A DNA stretch of 64,000 nt, taken from the NCBI GenBank assembly GCA_021793645.1, contig JAJYSJ010000011.1, positions 22,515 to 86,514 on the forward strand, given 5' to 3'. The translations under genes and the position numbers were made by a program. The notes under the pieces were generated by a model. The model made no database searches and was not told the DNA's origin. It saw only the letters and a program-made list of their open reading frames with translations. Origin of the DNA: Bacillota bacterium. Lineage in GTDB: Bacteria; Bacillota; Sulfobacillia; JAJZYS01; JAJYTV01. This document shows, one piece after another, positions 49,404 to 58,520 of the stretch; the stretch's first letter is position 1, and every line of letters starts with the position of its first letter.

Positions 49404-49897
49404 GGCGCCGCCCCCTCTGCGAGTTCCTTCCTGAGCTTCGCCATGAGGCCACCGGACGCCACGATCTCCTGCACGAATGGGGAGAGCGGGATGATCTCAT
49501 AGCGCTCGCCGCGCGTGCGGTTGAAGATGGCCGCCTGCCCTTCGTCGACCTCGACCTCGTCGCCCATCTGGATCCCCTTCGCCGCCGCAGGCGACTCGTA
49601 GACCCGCAGGCCGATGTTGATTGCGTTGCGGAAGAAGATGCGGGCGAAGGACTCCGCGATCACGCACGGGACGCCTGCCCCCTTGATCGCGATGGGGGCG
49701 TGCTCGCGCGAACTGCCGCAGCCAAAGTTGCGCCCGCCGACGATGACGTCGCCCTGCGACTTCTTCTCCAGAAACTCCGGGTCCAGGTTCTCGAGGCAGT
49801 GCTTTCCGAGCGCCACAGGGTCACCGGTCACGAGGTAGCGGGCGGGGATGATGACGTCCGTGTCGACGTTGTCGCCGTACTTCCAGGCCCTCGCCAT
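49400..49897 (-). CDS. leuD: 3-isopropylmalate dehydratase small subunit.
   Basis: Starts at [25 protein letters not shown] overlaps the leuC stop (ATGA). The ORF-track N-terminal extension is rejected. Confidence 0.9.
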   Translation of the reverse strand: MARAWKYGDNVDTDVIIPARYLVTGDPVALGKHCLENLDPEFLEKKSQGDVIVGGRNFGCGSSREHAPIAIKGAGVPCVIAESFARIFFRNAINIGLRVYESPAAAKGIQMGDEVEVDEGQAAIFNRTRGERYEIIPLSPFVQEIVASGGLMAKLRKELAEGAAP

Positions 49898-51177
49898 CAG
49901 ACCGCCTCCTCGTGCGGGGAGAATTCGCGCGGGTCCGTGATCCGTCCGCGCACGGCGGTCGCCGCGGCGACGGCGGGTCCCGCGAGGAACACCTCGGCCT
50001 CGCGGTCGCCCATGCGGCCGACATAGTTGCGGTTCGACGTGGAAAGGCAGCGCTCTCCCTTCCCCAGCACCCCCATGTGGCCGCCGAGGCACGGCCCGCA
50101 GGTGGAGGTGCTGACAGACGCCCCGGCCTCGACGAAGACCTCGATCAGACCCTCGCGCAGCGCCGCCTTGTAGACGTCCTGCGTGGCCGGGATGACGATG
50201 AGGCGGGTCTCTGGGTGGACCTTCTTGCCGCGCAGGATGGCCGCCGCCGTGCGCAGGTCCGACAGGCGCCCGTTGGTGCACGAGCCGATGAAGACCTGAT
50301 CGATCGTGACGTCCCCGACATCGCTGATGCCCCGCGTGAGGGACGGCAGCGATGGGAACGCAACCTGCGGCTCGAGCTGCGAGACGTCGATCTCGTACTC
50401 CTCGACGTAGGTCGCGCCGGGGTCCGCTTGGTAGACGCGCCAGGGGCGCTGGGCCCTCCCCTCCTCATAGCGCAGGGTGAGGTCGTCGGTGGCGCAGATG
50501 CCAACTTTCCCGCCCGCCTCGATCGTCATGTTGGACATCGTCAGGCGGTCCTCCATCGGGAGGTCCGAGATGACCTCGCCCGTGAACTCCATGGCCCGGT
50601 AGAGGGCGCCGTCGTCGCCGATCAGGCGGATCGTGTGCAGGATGAGGTCTTTGCCTGTGACATAGGCGCGGCGCTTGCCGTAGTAGGTGAAGCGCATCGA
50701 CTCCGGCACCTTGAACCAGGTGCGGCCGGTCGCCATGGCGTAGGCGAGGTCGGTGGAGCCGACGCCGGTCGCGAATGCGCCGAGGCCACCGTAGGTGCAG
50801 GTGTGGGAGTCCGCCCCGATCACGATGTCTCCGGGGACGACGATGCCGCGCTCGGGAAGGAGTGTGTGCTCGATGCCGCCCGTGCCCTCCGGGTAGTAGT
50901 GCTTGATCGCCTGCTCGCGGGCGAAGCGGCGCATGATCTGGGTCTGGTCGGCGGAGTTGATGTCCTTCGCCGGGACGAAGTGGCTCATCACGAGCGCTAC
51001 GCGTTCCGCATCGAAGACCCGGGTCGCACCGGCGGCCTCGAACTCGCGGATGGCGATCGGGGCAGTGATGTCGTTGCCCATCACGAGGTCGACTGGCGTC
51101 TCGACGATCTCTCCGTGATGCACCCGCGCAAGGCTGGAGCGGTCTGCGAGCATCTTCTCCGCAAGGGTCATCGCCAC
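49897..51177 (-). CDS. leuC: 3-isopropylmalate dehydratase large subunit (short, archaeal/LeuC2-type length).
   Basis: Aconitase-family Fe-S Cys motifs (GSCTNGR, TCGPCLG). 426 aa. Confidence 0.95.
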   Translation of the reverse strand: MAMTLAEKMLADRSSLARVHHGEIVETPVDLVMGNDITAPIAIREFEAAGATRVFDAERVALVMSHFVPAKDINSADQTQIMRRFAREQAIKHYYPEGTGGIEHTLLPERGIVVPGDIVIGADSHTCTYGGLGAFATGVGSTDLAYAMATGRTWFKVPESMRFTYYGKRRAYVTGKDLILHTIRLIGDDGALYRAMEFTGEVISDLPMEDRLTMSNMTIEAGGKVGICATDDLTLRYEEGRAQRPWRVYQADPGATYVEEYEIDVSQLEPQVAFPSLPSLTRGISDVGDVTIDQVFIGSCTNGRLSDLRTAAAILRGKKVHPETRLIVIPATQDVYKAALREGLIEVFVEAGASVSTSTCGPCLGGHMGVLGKGERCLSTSNRNYVGRMGDREAEVFLAGPAVAAATAVRGRITDPREFSPHEEAV

Positions 51178-52740
51178 TTAGATCGCCTCCCTTCCGGTGG
51201 GGTGCTGGCGTGCGGCCTGCGCGCGTACGGCGGCTGCCTTGTTGAGGGCGTGGAGGTACGCGAGCGCGCTCGCCTCGAGGATGTCTGTGGAGACGCCGCT
51301 GCCGACGAAGGTCTGCCCCACGTACGCGATGCTGCAGCGCACCTCGCCCTGGGCGTCCGAGCCGCCGCCGACCGACTGGATCGCGTAGTCCTTGAGATCC
51401 GCCTCGAGGCCCGTCGCGCGCTGGAGCGCCCGATAGAGCGCCTCGACCGGCCCCTGGCCGACGGCGGCCTCGCGCGTCACCTTGCCGGATGCCGCGCCGC
51501 TCTGCGTCGAAACGCCCACGGTGGCCGTGGAAGGCGCCCCGCCCGCGCTCGATACGTGGTAGTGGACGAGTTCGTAGGAGTCGTCGAAGCGGTAGATCTC
51601 GTCCTCGACGAGCGACTGGACATCCTGGTCCGTCACCTGCTTCTTCTTGTCGGTGAGGGCCTTGAAGCGGCGGAACAGTTCGTGCTGCTCCGCTTCCGGC
51701 AGCTCGTAGCCGAGTGCCTGGAGCTTCTTCTGGAAGGCGTGTCGGCCGGAGTGCTTGCCCATCACGAGCTGCGTCTCGCCCTGCCCGATGTCCTGGGGGT
51801 TCATGATCTCGTAGGTGGTGCGCTCCTTGATGACGCCGTCCTGGTGGATGCCGGCCTCGTGGGCGAAGGCGTTCGCCCCGACCACGGCCTTGTTGGGCTG
51901 CACCGGCATGCCGGTGAGGCGGCTGACGAGCCGGCTCGTGCGCCCGATCTCCTTGGCATCGATGCCGGTCTCCATCTGGAAGAAGTCCTTGCGGGTGGCG
52001 ATCGCCATCGCGACCTCCTCGAGGGAGGTGTTGCCGGCGCGCTCCCCGATCCCGTTCACCGCCACCTCGCACTGGTCTGCGCCGGCCGCGAGGCCCGCGA
52101 GGGTGTTCGCGACCGCGAGGCCGAGGTCGTCGTGGCAGTGCACCGAGATGTGCACCTTGTCGCCGCCAGGCACCTTTTCGCGCACGCCGCGCACTAGTGC
52201 GGCGAACTCCTCGGGCGTCGTGTAGCCGACTGTGTCCGGGATGTTGATCGTCGTGGCGCCGGCCGCGATCGCTGCGGCGATCGCCCGGAAAACGAACGCC
52301 GGGTCCGAACGCATCGCGTCCTGGCCGGAGAATTCCACGTCGTCGACGTACCTGCGCGCCGCCTCGATCGAGGCGACGCTCATCGCGATCACCTCGTCCT
52401 CGGACTTTCGCAGCATGTACTGGAGGTGTACGGCTGAGAACGAGGTGAAGACGTGGATGCGGGGCTTCGCCGCGGCCTCCAGTGCCTTCGCCGCGGCCTC
52501 GATGTCTGCGGTGTGGGTGCGCGCGAGGGCAGCGATCACAGGCGTGCGCACCTCGCGCGCGATCGCCCGCACGGCCGAGAGGTCGCCTTCGGAGGTGATC
52601 GGGAAGCCCGCCTCGATGATGTCGACGCCGAGGCGCTCGAGCTGCCTCGCGATCTCGATCTTCTCCTGGCCCATCAGGTTGACGCCCGGGGACTGCTCCC
52701 CGTCGCGCAGCGTCGTGTCGAAGATCCGGATGCGGCGCAT
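51178..52740 (-). CDS. leuA: 2-isopropylmalate synthase.
   Basis: RIFDTTLRDGEQSPG N-terminus and HCHDDLGLAVANTLAG. 520 aa. Confidence 0.95.
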   Translation of the reverse strand: MRRIRIFDTTLRDGEQSPGVNLMGQEKIEIARQLERLGVDIIEAGFPITSEGDLSAVRAIAREVRTPVIAALARTHTADIEAAAKALEAAAKPRIHVFTSFSAVHLQYMLRKSEDEVIAMSVASIEAARRYVDDVEFSGQDAMRSDPAFVFRAIAAAIAAGATTINIPDTVGYTTPEEFAALVRGVREKVPGGDKVHISVHCHDDLGLAVANTLAGLAAGADQCEVAVNGIGERAGNTSLEEVAMAIATRKDFFQMETGIDAKEIGRTSRLVSRLTGMPVQPNKAVVGANAFAHEAGIHQDGVIKERTTYEIMNPQDIGQGETQLVMGKHSGRHAFQKKLQALGYELPEAEQHELFRRFKALTDKKKQVTDQDVQSLVEDEIYRFDDSYELVHYHVSSAGGAPSTATVGVSTQSGAASGKVTREAAVGQGPVEALYRALQRATGLEADLKDYAIQSVGGGSDAQGEVRCSIAYVGQTFVGSGVSTDILEASALAYLHALNKAAAVRAQAARQHPTGREAI

Positions 52741-52768
52741 CGCTTGCCCTCCTCTCTCGGTTCGAAAC

Positions 52769-53806
52769 CTAGCGGCTGGCCTTCTCTGCCTTGGGCTCTT
52801 CCATGTCGGGCGGCGTCTTGCTGCCGAGCCACGGCATCATGGCGCGCAGCTCGCGTCCGACGGTCTCCAGGGGATGATGGCGCTCTTCATTCCTGCGCGC
52901 CTGGTAGACGGGCCGGCCAGCCTGGTTCTCGAGGATCCAGTCGCGGGCGAAACTGCCGTCCTGGATCGCGCGCAGGACCCTTTGCATGTTCTCCTTGACG
53001 TGCGCGTCCACGACCTGGGGGCCGCGGGTCATGTCGCCGTACTCGGCGGTGTCCGAGATGGAGTAGCGCATCCAGCTGAGACCGCCCTCGTACATCAGGT
53101 CGACGATCAGCTTCATTTCGTTCATCACTTCGAAGAAGGCGATCTCCGGCTGGTAGCCGGCCTCTGTGAGGGTCTCGAAACCGCTCTTGATCAGCTGCGT
53201 CACACCGCCGCAGAGCACGGCCTGCTCCCCGAAGAGGTCCGACTCGGTCTCCTCCTGGAAGGTCGTCTCGATCACGCCGGCGCCGGTGCAGCCGATGCCC
53301 CAGGCGAAGGCGAGGCCCCTCTGGTACGCGTTGCCGGTCGCGTCCTGGGCGACGGCGAGCAGACCCGGCACGGAGGCTCCCTCGGTGAAGCGGCGGCGGA
53401 ACTGGTGGCCGGGCGCCTTCGGTGCGACCATAAAGACGTCGACGTCCTTCGGCGGCTGCACCTGGCCGTAGTGGATGTTGAAGCCGTGCGAGAAGCTGAT
53501 CGCCATTTGGGGCCGCAGGTTCGGCGCGATCGACTCCTGGAAGACGGCGCGCTGCGTCTCGTCCGGAAGGAGGATGTGTACGACGTCGGCGCGGCGGGTC
53601 GCCTCCGCGACGTCGTACACTTCGAAGCCGTCCGCCTTCGCCTGCTCCGCCGTGCGGCCGGGCCGGATCCCGATGATCACCTTGAAGCCGCGGTCCCTGA
53701 GATTCTGCGCCTGCGCGTGGCCCTGGCTGCCGTAGCCAACCACCGCGATCGTCTGTCCCGCGAGGGCACCCCTGTCTGCGTCGTGGTCGTAGTAGATCTT
53801 CGCCAT
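52769..53806 (-). CDS. ilvC: Ketol-acid reductoisomerase.
   Basis: [15 protein letters not shown] Rossmann motif. 345 aa. Confidence 0.95.
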   Translation of the reverse strand: MAKIYYDHDADRGALAGQTIAVVGYGSQGHAQAQNLRDRGFKVIIGIRPGRTAEQAKADGFEVYDVAEATRRADVVHILLPDETQRAVFQESIAPNLRPQMAISFSHGFNIHYGQVQPPKDVDVFMVAPKAPGHQFRRRFTEGASVPGLLAVAQDATGNAYQRGLAFAWGIGCTGAGVIETTFQEETESDLFGEQAVLCGGVTQLIKSGFETLTEAGYQPEIAFFEVMNEMKLIVDLMYEGGLSWMRYSISDTAEYGDMTRGPQVVDAHVKENMQRVLRAIQDGSFARDWILENQAGRPVYQARRNEERHHPLETVGRELRAMMPWLGSKTPPDMEEPKAEKASR

Positions 53807-53824
53807 CTGCGCTGCCTCCTTCGA

Positions 53825-54376
53825 TTATCGGGCTTGGATCTGCGCGAGATCGTCCGGTGGCGATCTCCCGTCCTCCCCGTCCTCGCGGAAGACGCCTGGG
53901 CCACGCAGCATCGCGACGGCCCCGGTGCGGGCGACCTCGAGGACGCCGAACTCGTGCATCACCTCGATCAGCGCGTTGACCTTGCCGCTGTCTCCGGTCG
54001 TTTCGAGGACGACGGAGCTGGGACTCACGTCGATCACGGCGGCGCGGAAGGTCTGGGCGATCTGCATCACCTCGGCGCGGTGTCCGGTGTCTGTGCGGAC
54101 CTTGATGAGGGCGAGCTCGCGTTCGACGGAGGTGCCCTCCGCCATGTGGTAGACCCCGACCACCTCGATGAGCTTGCCGAGCTGGCGCTGCATCTGGACG
54201 CGGACCGCGTCCTCCCCCTCCGCCCGCAGCGTGATCCAGGAGGTGCCCGGATCGTCGGTCGGTCCGACGGCGAGGCTTTGGATGTTGTAGCCGCGCCGGC
54301 TGAACAGGCTCGCGACCCGCGCCAGGACGCCGGCCTCGTTGTCGACCAGGATGCCAAGGGTGAACTCCATCGCCAT
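53825..54376 (-). CDS. ilvN: Acetolactate synthase small (regulatory) subunit.
   Basis: ACT-domain sequence MEFTLGILVDNEAGVLARVASLFSRRGYNIQSLAVG. Start at MAMEF (ATG 54374..54376), 6 nt after GGGAGG. Confidence 0.9.
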   Translation of the reverse strand: MAMEFTLGILVDNEAGVLARVASLFSRRGYNIQSLAVGPTDDPGTSWITLRAEGEDAVRVQMQRQLGKLIEVVGVYHMAEGTSVERELALIKVRTDTGHRAEVMQIAQTFRAAVIDVSPSSVVLETTGDSGKVNALIEVMHEFGVLEVARTGAVAMLRGPGVFREDGEDGRSPPDDLAQIQAR

Positions 54377-54401
54377 CGCCTCCCAGCGGGAATTGGGAAA
54401 C

Positions 54402-54443
54402 AAAAAAGACATCGTCCTCGCCCCTCAAGGGCGACACGATGTC
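54402..54443 (-). terminator. Intrinsic terminator of the T-box leader.
   Basis: The minus-strand RNA reads GACAUCGUGUCGCCC-UUGA-GGGGCGAGGACGAUGUC followed by UUUUUUG. Confidence 0.8.
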
Positions 54444-54720
54444 GCGGTACCACCTTGTTCGCCTCCCGGGCCCGCACGCAGCGGTGTCCCAGGAAGCCTC
54501 AATTACGGATAACGGCTTTTGTTCGCCGGCCCGCCTATTTGTCCCGGAAATCACTAACCGGGGTGTTCAGCGGGCTGCTCTGGGAGGAGTGCTGTCTTGC
54601 CCTGCAGGACCGGCTTTCAGCCGTGGCCGGCTCTCTATTGCCCTTGGGCGAAGGCGCGCGTCCCATCATCGCGTCGGGACTTTCAGTTGTCAAAGGTCTC
54701 TGGGCCAATGAAATCGCCCG
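54402..54720 (-). promoter_or_regulatory. T-box riboswitch leader of the ilvN-ilvC-leuACDB-ilvBD operon. The 5' boundary is approximate.
   Basis: T-box consensus AGGGUGGNACCGCG is matched by AAGGUGGUACCGCG (rc of 54444..54457) immediately 5' of the terminator. The sequence can form an alternative antiterminator. The specifier codon was not resolved. Confidence 0.7.
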
Positions 54721-55486
54721 GGGGCGCGCTCCGCGCAAGCAGAGCTTGCGTGGAACTTGCCGCCAGGCGTTTTGTGCCAGCGGTGTACCCGGAAGTCCCG
54801 GGCCTGTACTGCTCGGTCCAGCCCACCCGATGAGGAGTGCGGAACCCTAAGTACACTTCCACCCTCTATGGCCTTGCCACTTCTCGCCTTACGGGAAGTG
54901 GAAGGTTGTTAGGCGAGACTATACAGGAGCGGCGAGCGATCCGTCAACGGGGTCCGTGCAGATCTTAACGCATTCGGTCTGCACGATCTGCCGTCCAAAC
55001 CGTTCACCTTGGTCGGGCGCATGCCGCAAAGGCGTCTCTCGTTCGCTAAACCGATTACAAATTGCCCATCATTGCTTCTATTACCATTCCGTGGTACATT
55101 TGGCAAAACGACAAAGGCAAACCCGGCGAAAGCCGGGGACGCAAAGCTACGGGCCTATGCCCCGCATTGGGGCACGGCCGCCGGGCTGCCGAATGACGTA
55201 ACGGGGGCCCTTCGCTTCGGCGCAGGGCCCTTGTCTATTTGCCGAAATGGGGATTGAGCCGTGCGCAGAGGATCCGAGTTCGTTCACTGCCGCCGTATGC
55301 CCGGATCAGCCATTGCGACCTGCGGCACCGTCGCCGACAGTAGACTCGCAGAGATCAGGGTCGCGATCGCCACCCATGCTTTGCCCGCCAGCGCGTTCAC
55401 CTCGTTCACGAGCGCTAGGGCATAGCGTCTGTCTCAGCAACCATCTTCTTGCGGGATGCCCAATACATGCCCGCTTCCTGGGAGGG

Positions 55487-56044
55487 ATGAGGCCAGTGCG
55501 TAGAAAGACCAGCGTGGCCCGCCTTCCGCCTTCCGACCGTTGGGCGCTCGCTTCGATCTGGCTCGTCTTCGCTGCGACCCTAGTGTTCTCCGCCTGGAGC
55601 TATGCGGTGGATGGGTGGTCTGCGGCGGCGTTCTGGCTGGCCGGGCAGGTGCTGGGATGGGCACTCGAATTCATCACGCTCGCTGCCTTCTTCGCGGCGC
55701 TCCTCCTGATCCTCCACGCTTGGCCTGGCAGAAGGCCTTACTGGCGCAGCGTCCTTGTGACGGCGGTGCTCGGCACGGTCCCGTCGAGTGTCGTAACGGC
55801 CGACTTCGACGCCCACTCCTTCGCAAGCATCGCCTGCTGCACAGCGCCAACCTTCTGGAACTGCCTGATCCTGCACTCCAGGCCGGAACTCGTGGTCTTC
55901 GACCTTCTCACCCTTGCACTTTCTGTCTGGGTCGCCCTGCTCTACTTCCCCGCCGTTCGCGGTTGGCGGTTCGGCATGTACCTGGTGCTGTCAGCGATCG
56001 TGCTACTCGCGCTGCCTGTGTCATTCCCATTGCATACCCCTTGA
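55487..56044 (+). CDS. Small polytopic membrane protein, array copy A (apparently intact).
   Basis: About 4-5 predicted TM helices. Conserved SDRWA...W...YFP.(V/L)RGWR... motifs shared with copies B-D. GGGAGG sits directly before the ATG. A conserved GTG 9 nt downstream (55496) may be the true start. Confidence 0.6.
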   Translation: MRPVRRKTSVARLPPSDRWALASIWLVFAATLVFSAWSYAVDGWSAAAFWLAGQVLGWALEFITLAAFFAALLLILHAWPGRRPYWRSVLVTAVLGTVPSSVVTADFDAHSFASIACCTAPTFWNCLILHSRPELVVFDLLTLALSVWVALLYFPAVRGWRFGMYLVLSAIVLLALPVSFPLHTP

Positions 56045-56229
56045 TACCCTGCCCTGACGCGGCAGCGCCCTGCGATTCTCCCTGCGTCGAGTTTCGTGAG
56101 CCGCGTCCTGCTTCGCCGCTCGCTCAGCGGGAGGTGTCAGGAGGCGCCGAGGTCGTCCAGGATCTCCTAGCGGATGCGCAGGACCTCCTCGATCACGCGC
56201 GCCTCGCTGCCGTAGAAGCGCTACGCCGC

Positions 56230-56724
56230 CACCGTCGGAGCCCGTCCCCTTCACGGTCACTCGGTCGCTCGCCCAGTTGTTCGGCGACCGACAGCCTCTC
56301 GGGCGTCGACACGGTGGAAGCGAGCGTCTACGCTCAGGCCGCCACGAACGGCGAAGCCATCCAGCTGTGGCAGCTCCCTCTCGGACCGGTTCCGTTCACG
56401 GTGACGACCATTGACAACGCGGGCAACATCGGCAACCAGACGGTCACCTTCACCATGACGGCGAGCATCGCGAGCATGGAAGACCTCGTCGGACGGTTCG
56501 TATCCACGGGGCTGATCGCGAACCGGGGCCTGGCGAAGAGCCTGACCGCAAAGCTGCGCGCAGCCGAGGCATCTCAGTCGCGGGGCGACCAGGCGGCAGC
56601 AGCGAACGAACTCGGGGCGTTCGTGAACGAGGTGAACGCGCAGGCGGGCAAGGGCGTCGCACCCGTCGCCGCAGCGGTGCTCCTGCGTGACGCCCAGTAC
56701 ATACTCGCCTCCTGGGAGGGATGA
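56230..56724 (+). pseudogene. Fragmentary ORF: Ig-like surface-protein repeat plus helical C-terminal domain (FIMAH-like, tentative), ending at the cassette junction.
   Basis: SATDSLSGVDTVEASVYAQA...PFTVTTIDNAGNIGNQTVTFT then ...LAKSLTAKLRAAEASQSRGDQAAAANELGAFVNEVNAQAGKGVAPVAAAVLLRDAQYILASWEG*. No start codon and no full-length upstream body. Confidence 0.55.
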
Positions 56725-57270
56725 ACCTCGTGGACGTCACAGCAGACGGCTGCCCCCCGAAGCGATCCGACCGGTGGGCAGTTCGCGTACTTTGGATCGT
56801 CCTGGTCGCCTCGGTAGGGTTCGGCGCATGGAGCTACGTGGAGGGCGGTCTGCCCTATGCCGTTACGTAACGGCGGGACCGAACTGGTCCTCTGGGGCTG
56901 GGAAATCCTCGTGATCGCTGTCATCTTCGCCGCCCTCTCGTTGGGGCTTTCGGCCTGGCCGGGAAAGCGCGCGTTCTGGCTCGGCGTTACGGTGATGACC
57001 GTCCTCACCGACGTCCCTGCAAGCATCAGCACCGCCGTTCACCTGGCCCAGTTCTTCCCGCACCCGGCTCCTGCATCCACCCTCGTGGGCAACTACCTGC
57101 TCGTGCACAACTGGCCGGAACTTACCGCCTACGACCTCTTGGTCTTGGGCGTCACCGCTTGGGTTGGGCTGCTGTATTTCCCTCGCCTGCGGGGCTGGCG
57201 CCTCGCCGTCTTCTGGACAGTGACCGTCGTTTGGTGTACAGCGCTCGGATTCCTCTTTCCCGTGCACTAA
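56721..57270 (+). pseudogene. Small membrane protein, array copy B (frameshifted near 56860-56880).
   Basis: MNLVDVTADGCPPKRSDRWAVRVLWIVLVASVGFGAWSYVEGGLPYAVT* then continues in another frame as ...GTELVLWGWEILVIAVIFAALSLGLSAWPG...LGFLFPVH*. Confidence 0.6.
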
Positions 57271-57313
57271 GGACTCGGTTCACACCGAACCCGTCACTTG
57301 GTTCTCTCCAGGC

Positions 57314-57820
57314 GTGATGGCGCTCATCGTCCTGTCGCTCCCGACGCGGTCACAATGGATCCGCAGAACGCCTTGTCCCCATCCTCAGTTCTGCAGGACG
57401 CGGTTCATCGCAGCGCAGGAGGCGACGGCGCTCTCGATCGCCACGGAGGGCTACCACACCCTCACCTACTGGAGCGAGGACAACGCGGGCAACGTCGAAA
57501 CGCCGCACCGCGTCATCGTGCCGATCGATCTGACGCCGCCGGTCGTACAGGGAACGACCAACGTCGCGCCGAACGCGAAGGGCTGGTTCCGCACGGATGT
57601 GACCGTTCAGTGGAGCGCGTCCGACCCGCCCTTGATCGACGGGCACCCTGGCTCGGGCGGGGCCGAGGTCTCTCCACCGGTGACGGTCACCCAGGAGGGG
57701 AAGGGCATCGCGCCCGCCGCGGCGGTGGGGCTCCTGCGTGACGCCCAATATCTGCTCGCCTCCTGGGAGGAACGAACCTCGTGGACATGGCGCGAGAGAC
57801 AGCCCCCCGAAGCGATCTGA
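57314..57820 (+). pseudogene. Fragmentary ORF: Ig-like repeats (GYHTLTYWSEDNAGNVE...APNAKGWFRTDVTVQWSASDP) plus helical C-terminal domain.
   Basis: No start codon and no N-terminal body. The ORF ends ...LLRDAQYLLASWEE at the conserved junction, where the ATG of the downstream gene has been lost. Confidence 0.55.
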
Positions 57821-58240
57821 CCGGTGGGCGGTCCGAGTGCTTTGGATCGTCCTGCTCGCCACGGCGGGCTTCGTCGCATGGGCTTACGCGGTGGGTGGAC
57901 CGCTATCCGCATTGGTGTTCGCACTGACTGATCTGATCCTGTGGGGCTGGGGCATCGTCAAGGTCGGCATGATCTTCGCCGTCCTCTCGCTGGGGCTTTC
58001 GGCGTGGCCTGGAGCGCGTTCCCTCTGGCTCGGCGCCACGGTGGTATCGGTCCTCGTTTCCGTCCCCGCAAGCATCGTGCAGGCCCCTCAGGTCACCGCC
58101 TACGACCTCTCGGTCTTGGCCGTCCCCACCTAGGTTGCCCTACGCTATTTCCCCAACCTGCGGGGCTGGCGCTTCGCGCCTTCTGGACGGTGACCGTCGC
58201 TTGGTGTCTGGCGATTCCTGGCCTGCTACCCGTGCACTAG
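57781..58240 (+). pseudogene. Small membrane protein, array copy C (lost ATG, internal roughly 80-nt deletion, stop and frameshift).
   Basis: Alignable to copy B at the nucleotide level. Carries TGA in place of the cgatccgaccgg block. The frame breaks at ...LAVPT* before ...AFWTVTVAWCLAIPGLLPVH*. Confidence 0.55.
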
Positions 58241-58399
58241 CGCCTGCGGCTCCAAACCTACATCATCGTGTGATTCTTCACGCTCCTGCCGCTGCACGAA
58301 GCCGCACAGCGAATCCGCAGAACGCCCTGTTCGAACTTCGGTGCTGCACTGCGCGGTCGTTGCCGCGCTTGTGGGAGGCATCAGGTCGGTAGACAAGAC

Positions 58400-58520
58400 A
58401 ACCAGCACGGATCCTCACCGGCCGTCCGACCGTTGGGCACTTGTTGCGCTTTGGCTCGTCTTCGTCGGAGTCTACGAACGAGATCGCGACGGGGGATTTG
58501 AAGGGGGTCATGTACACCGC
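58400..58520 (+). pseudogene. Array copy D, a truncated remnant of the membrane protein gene.
   Basis: Encodes ...PSDRWALVALWLVFVGVYERDRDGG... then degenerates. It is preceded by the conserved spacer block. Confidence 0.4.

Noticed and set aside
49898-50281. 128-aa N-terminal extension of leuD, and a similar 86-aa extension of the substrate-binding protein gene (30295..30552).
   Set aside because: The extensions are Arg/Pro/Gly-rich. They overlap the upstream genes, leuC and the aldehyde dehydrogenase gene respectively. Clean starts exist at MARAWKYG and at MRWAAPALTALGISALLAGCGS.
49912-52197. 761-aa plus-strand ORF.
   Set aside because: It is antisense to leuC/leuA, Arg/Gly/Ala/Asp-rich, low-complexity, and has no family motifs. 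It is a typical GC-bias artefact opposite strongly supported genes.
54377-54412. Longer ilvN ORF starting at MSFLFPNSRW.
   Set aside because: The extension overlaps the T-box terminator hairpin and U-tract. The ACT-domain protein begins at MAMEF with a properly spaced GGGAGG.
54444-54720. Attempt to read the T-box specifier codon (candidates ACUCC and GAACAC).
   Set aside because: I could not build a convincing stem I / specifier loop by eye. This is left unassigned rather than guessing Leu versus Ile versus His.
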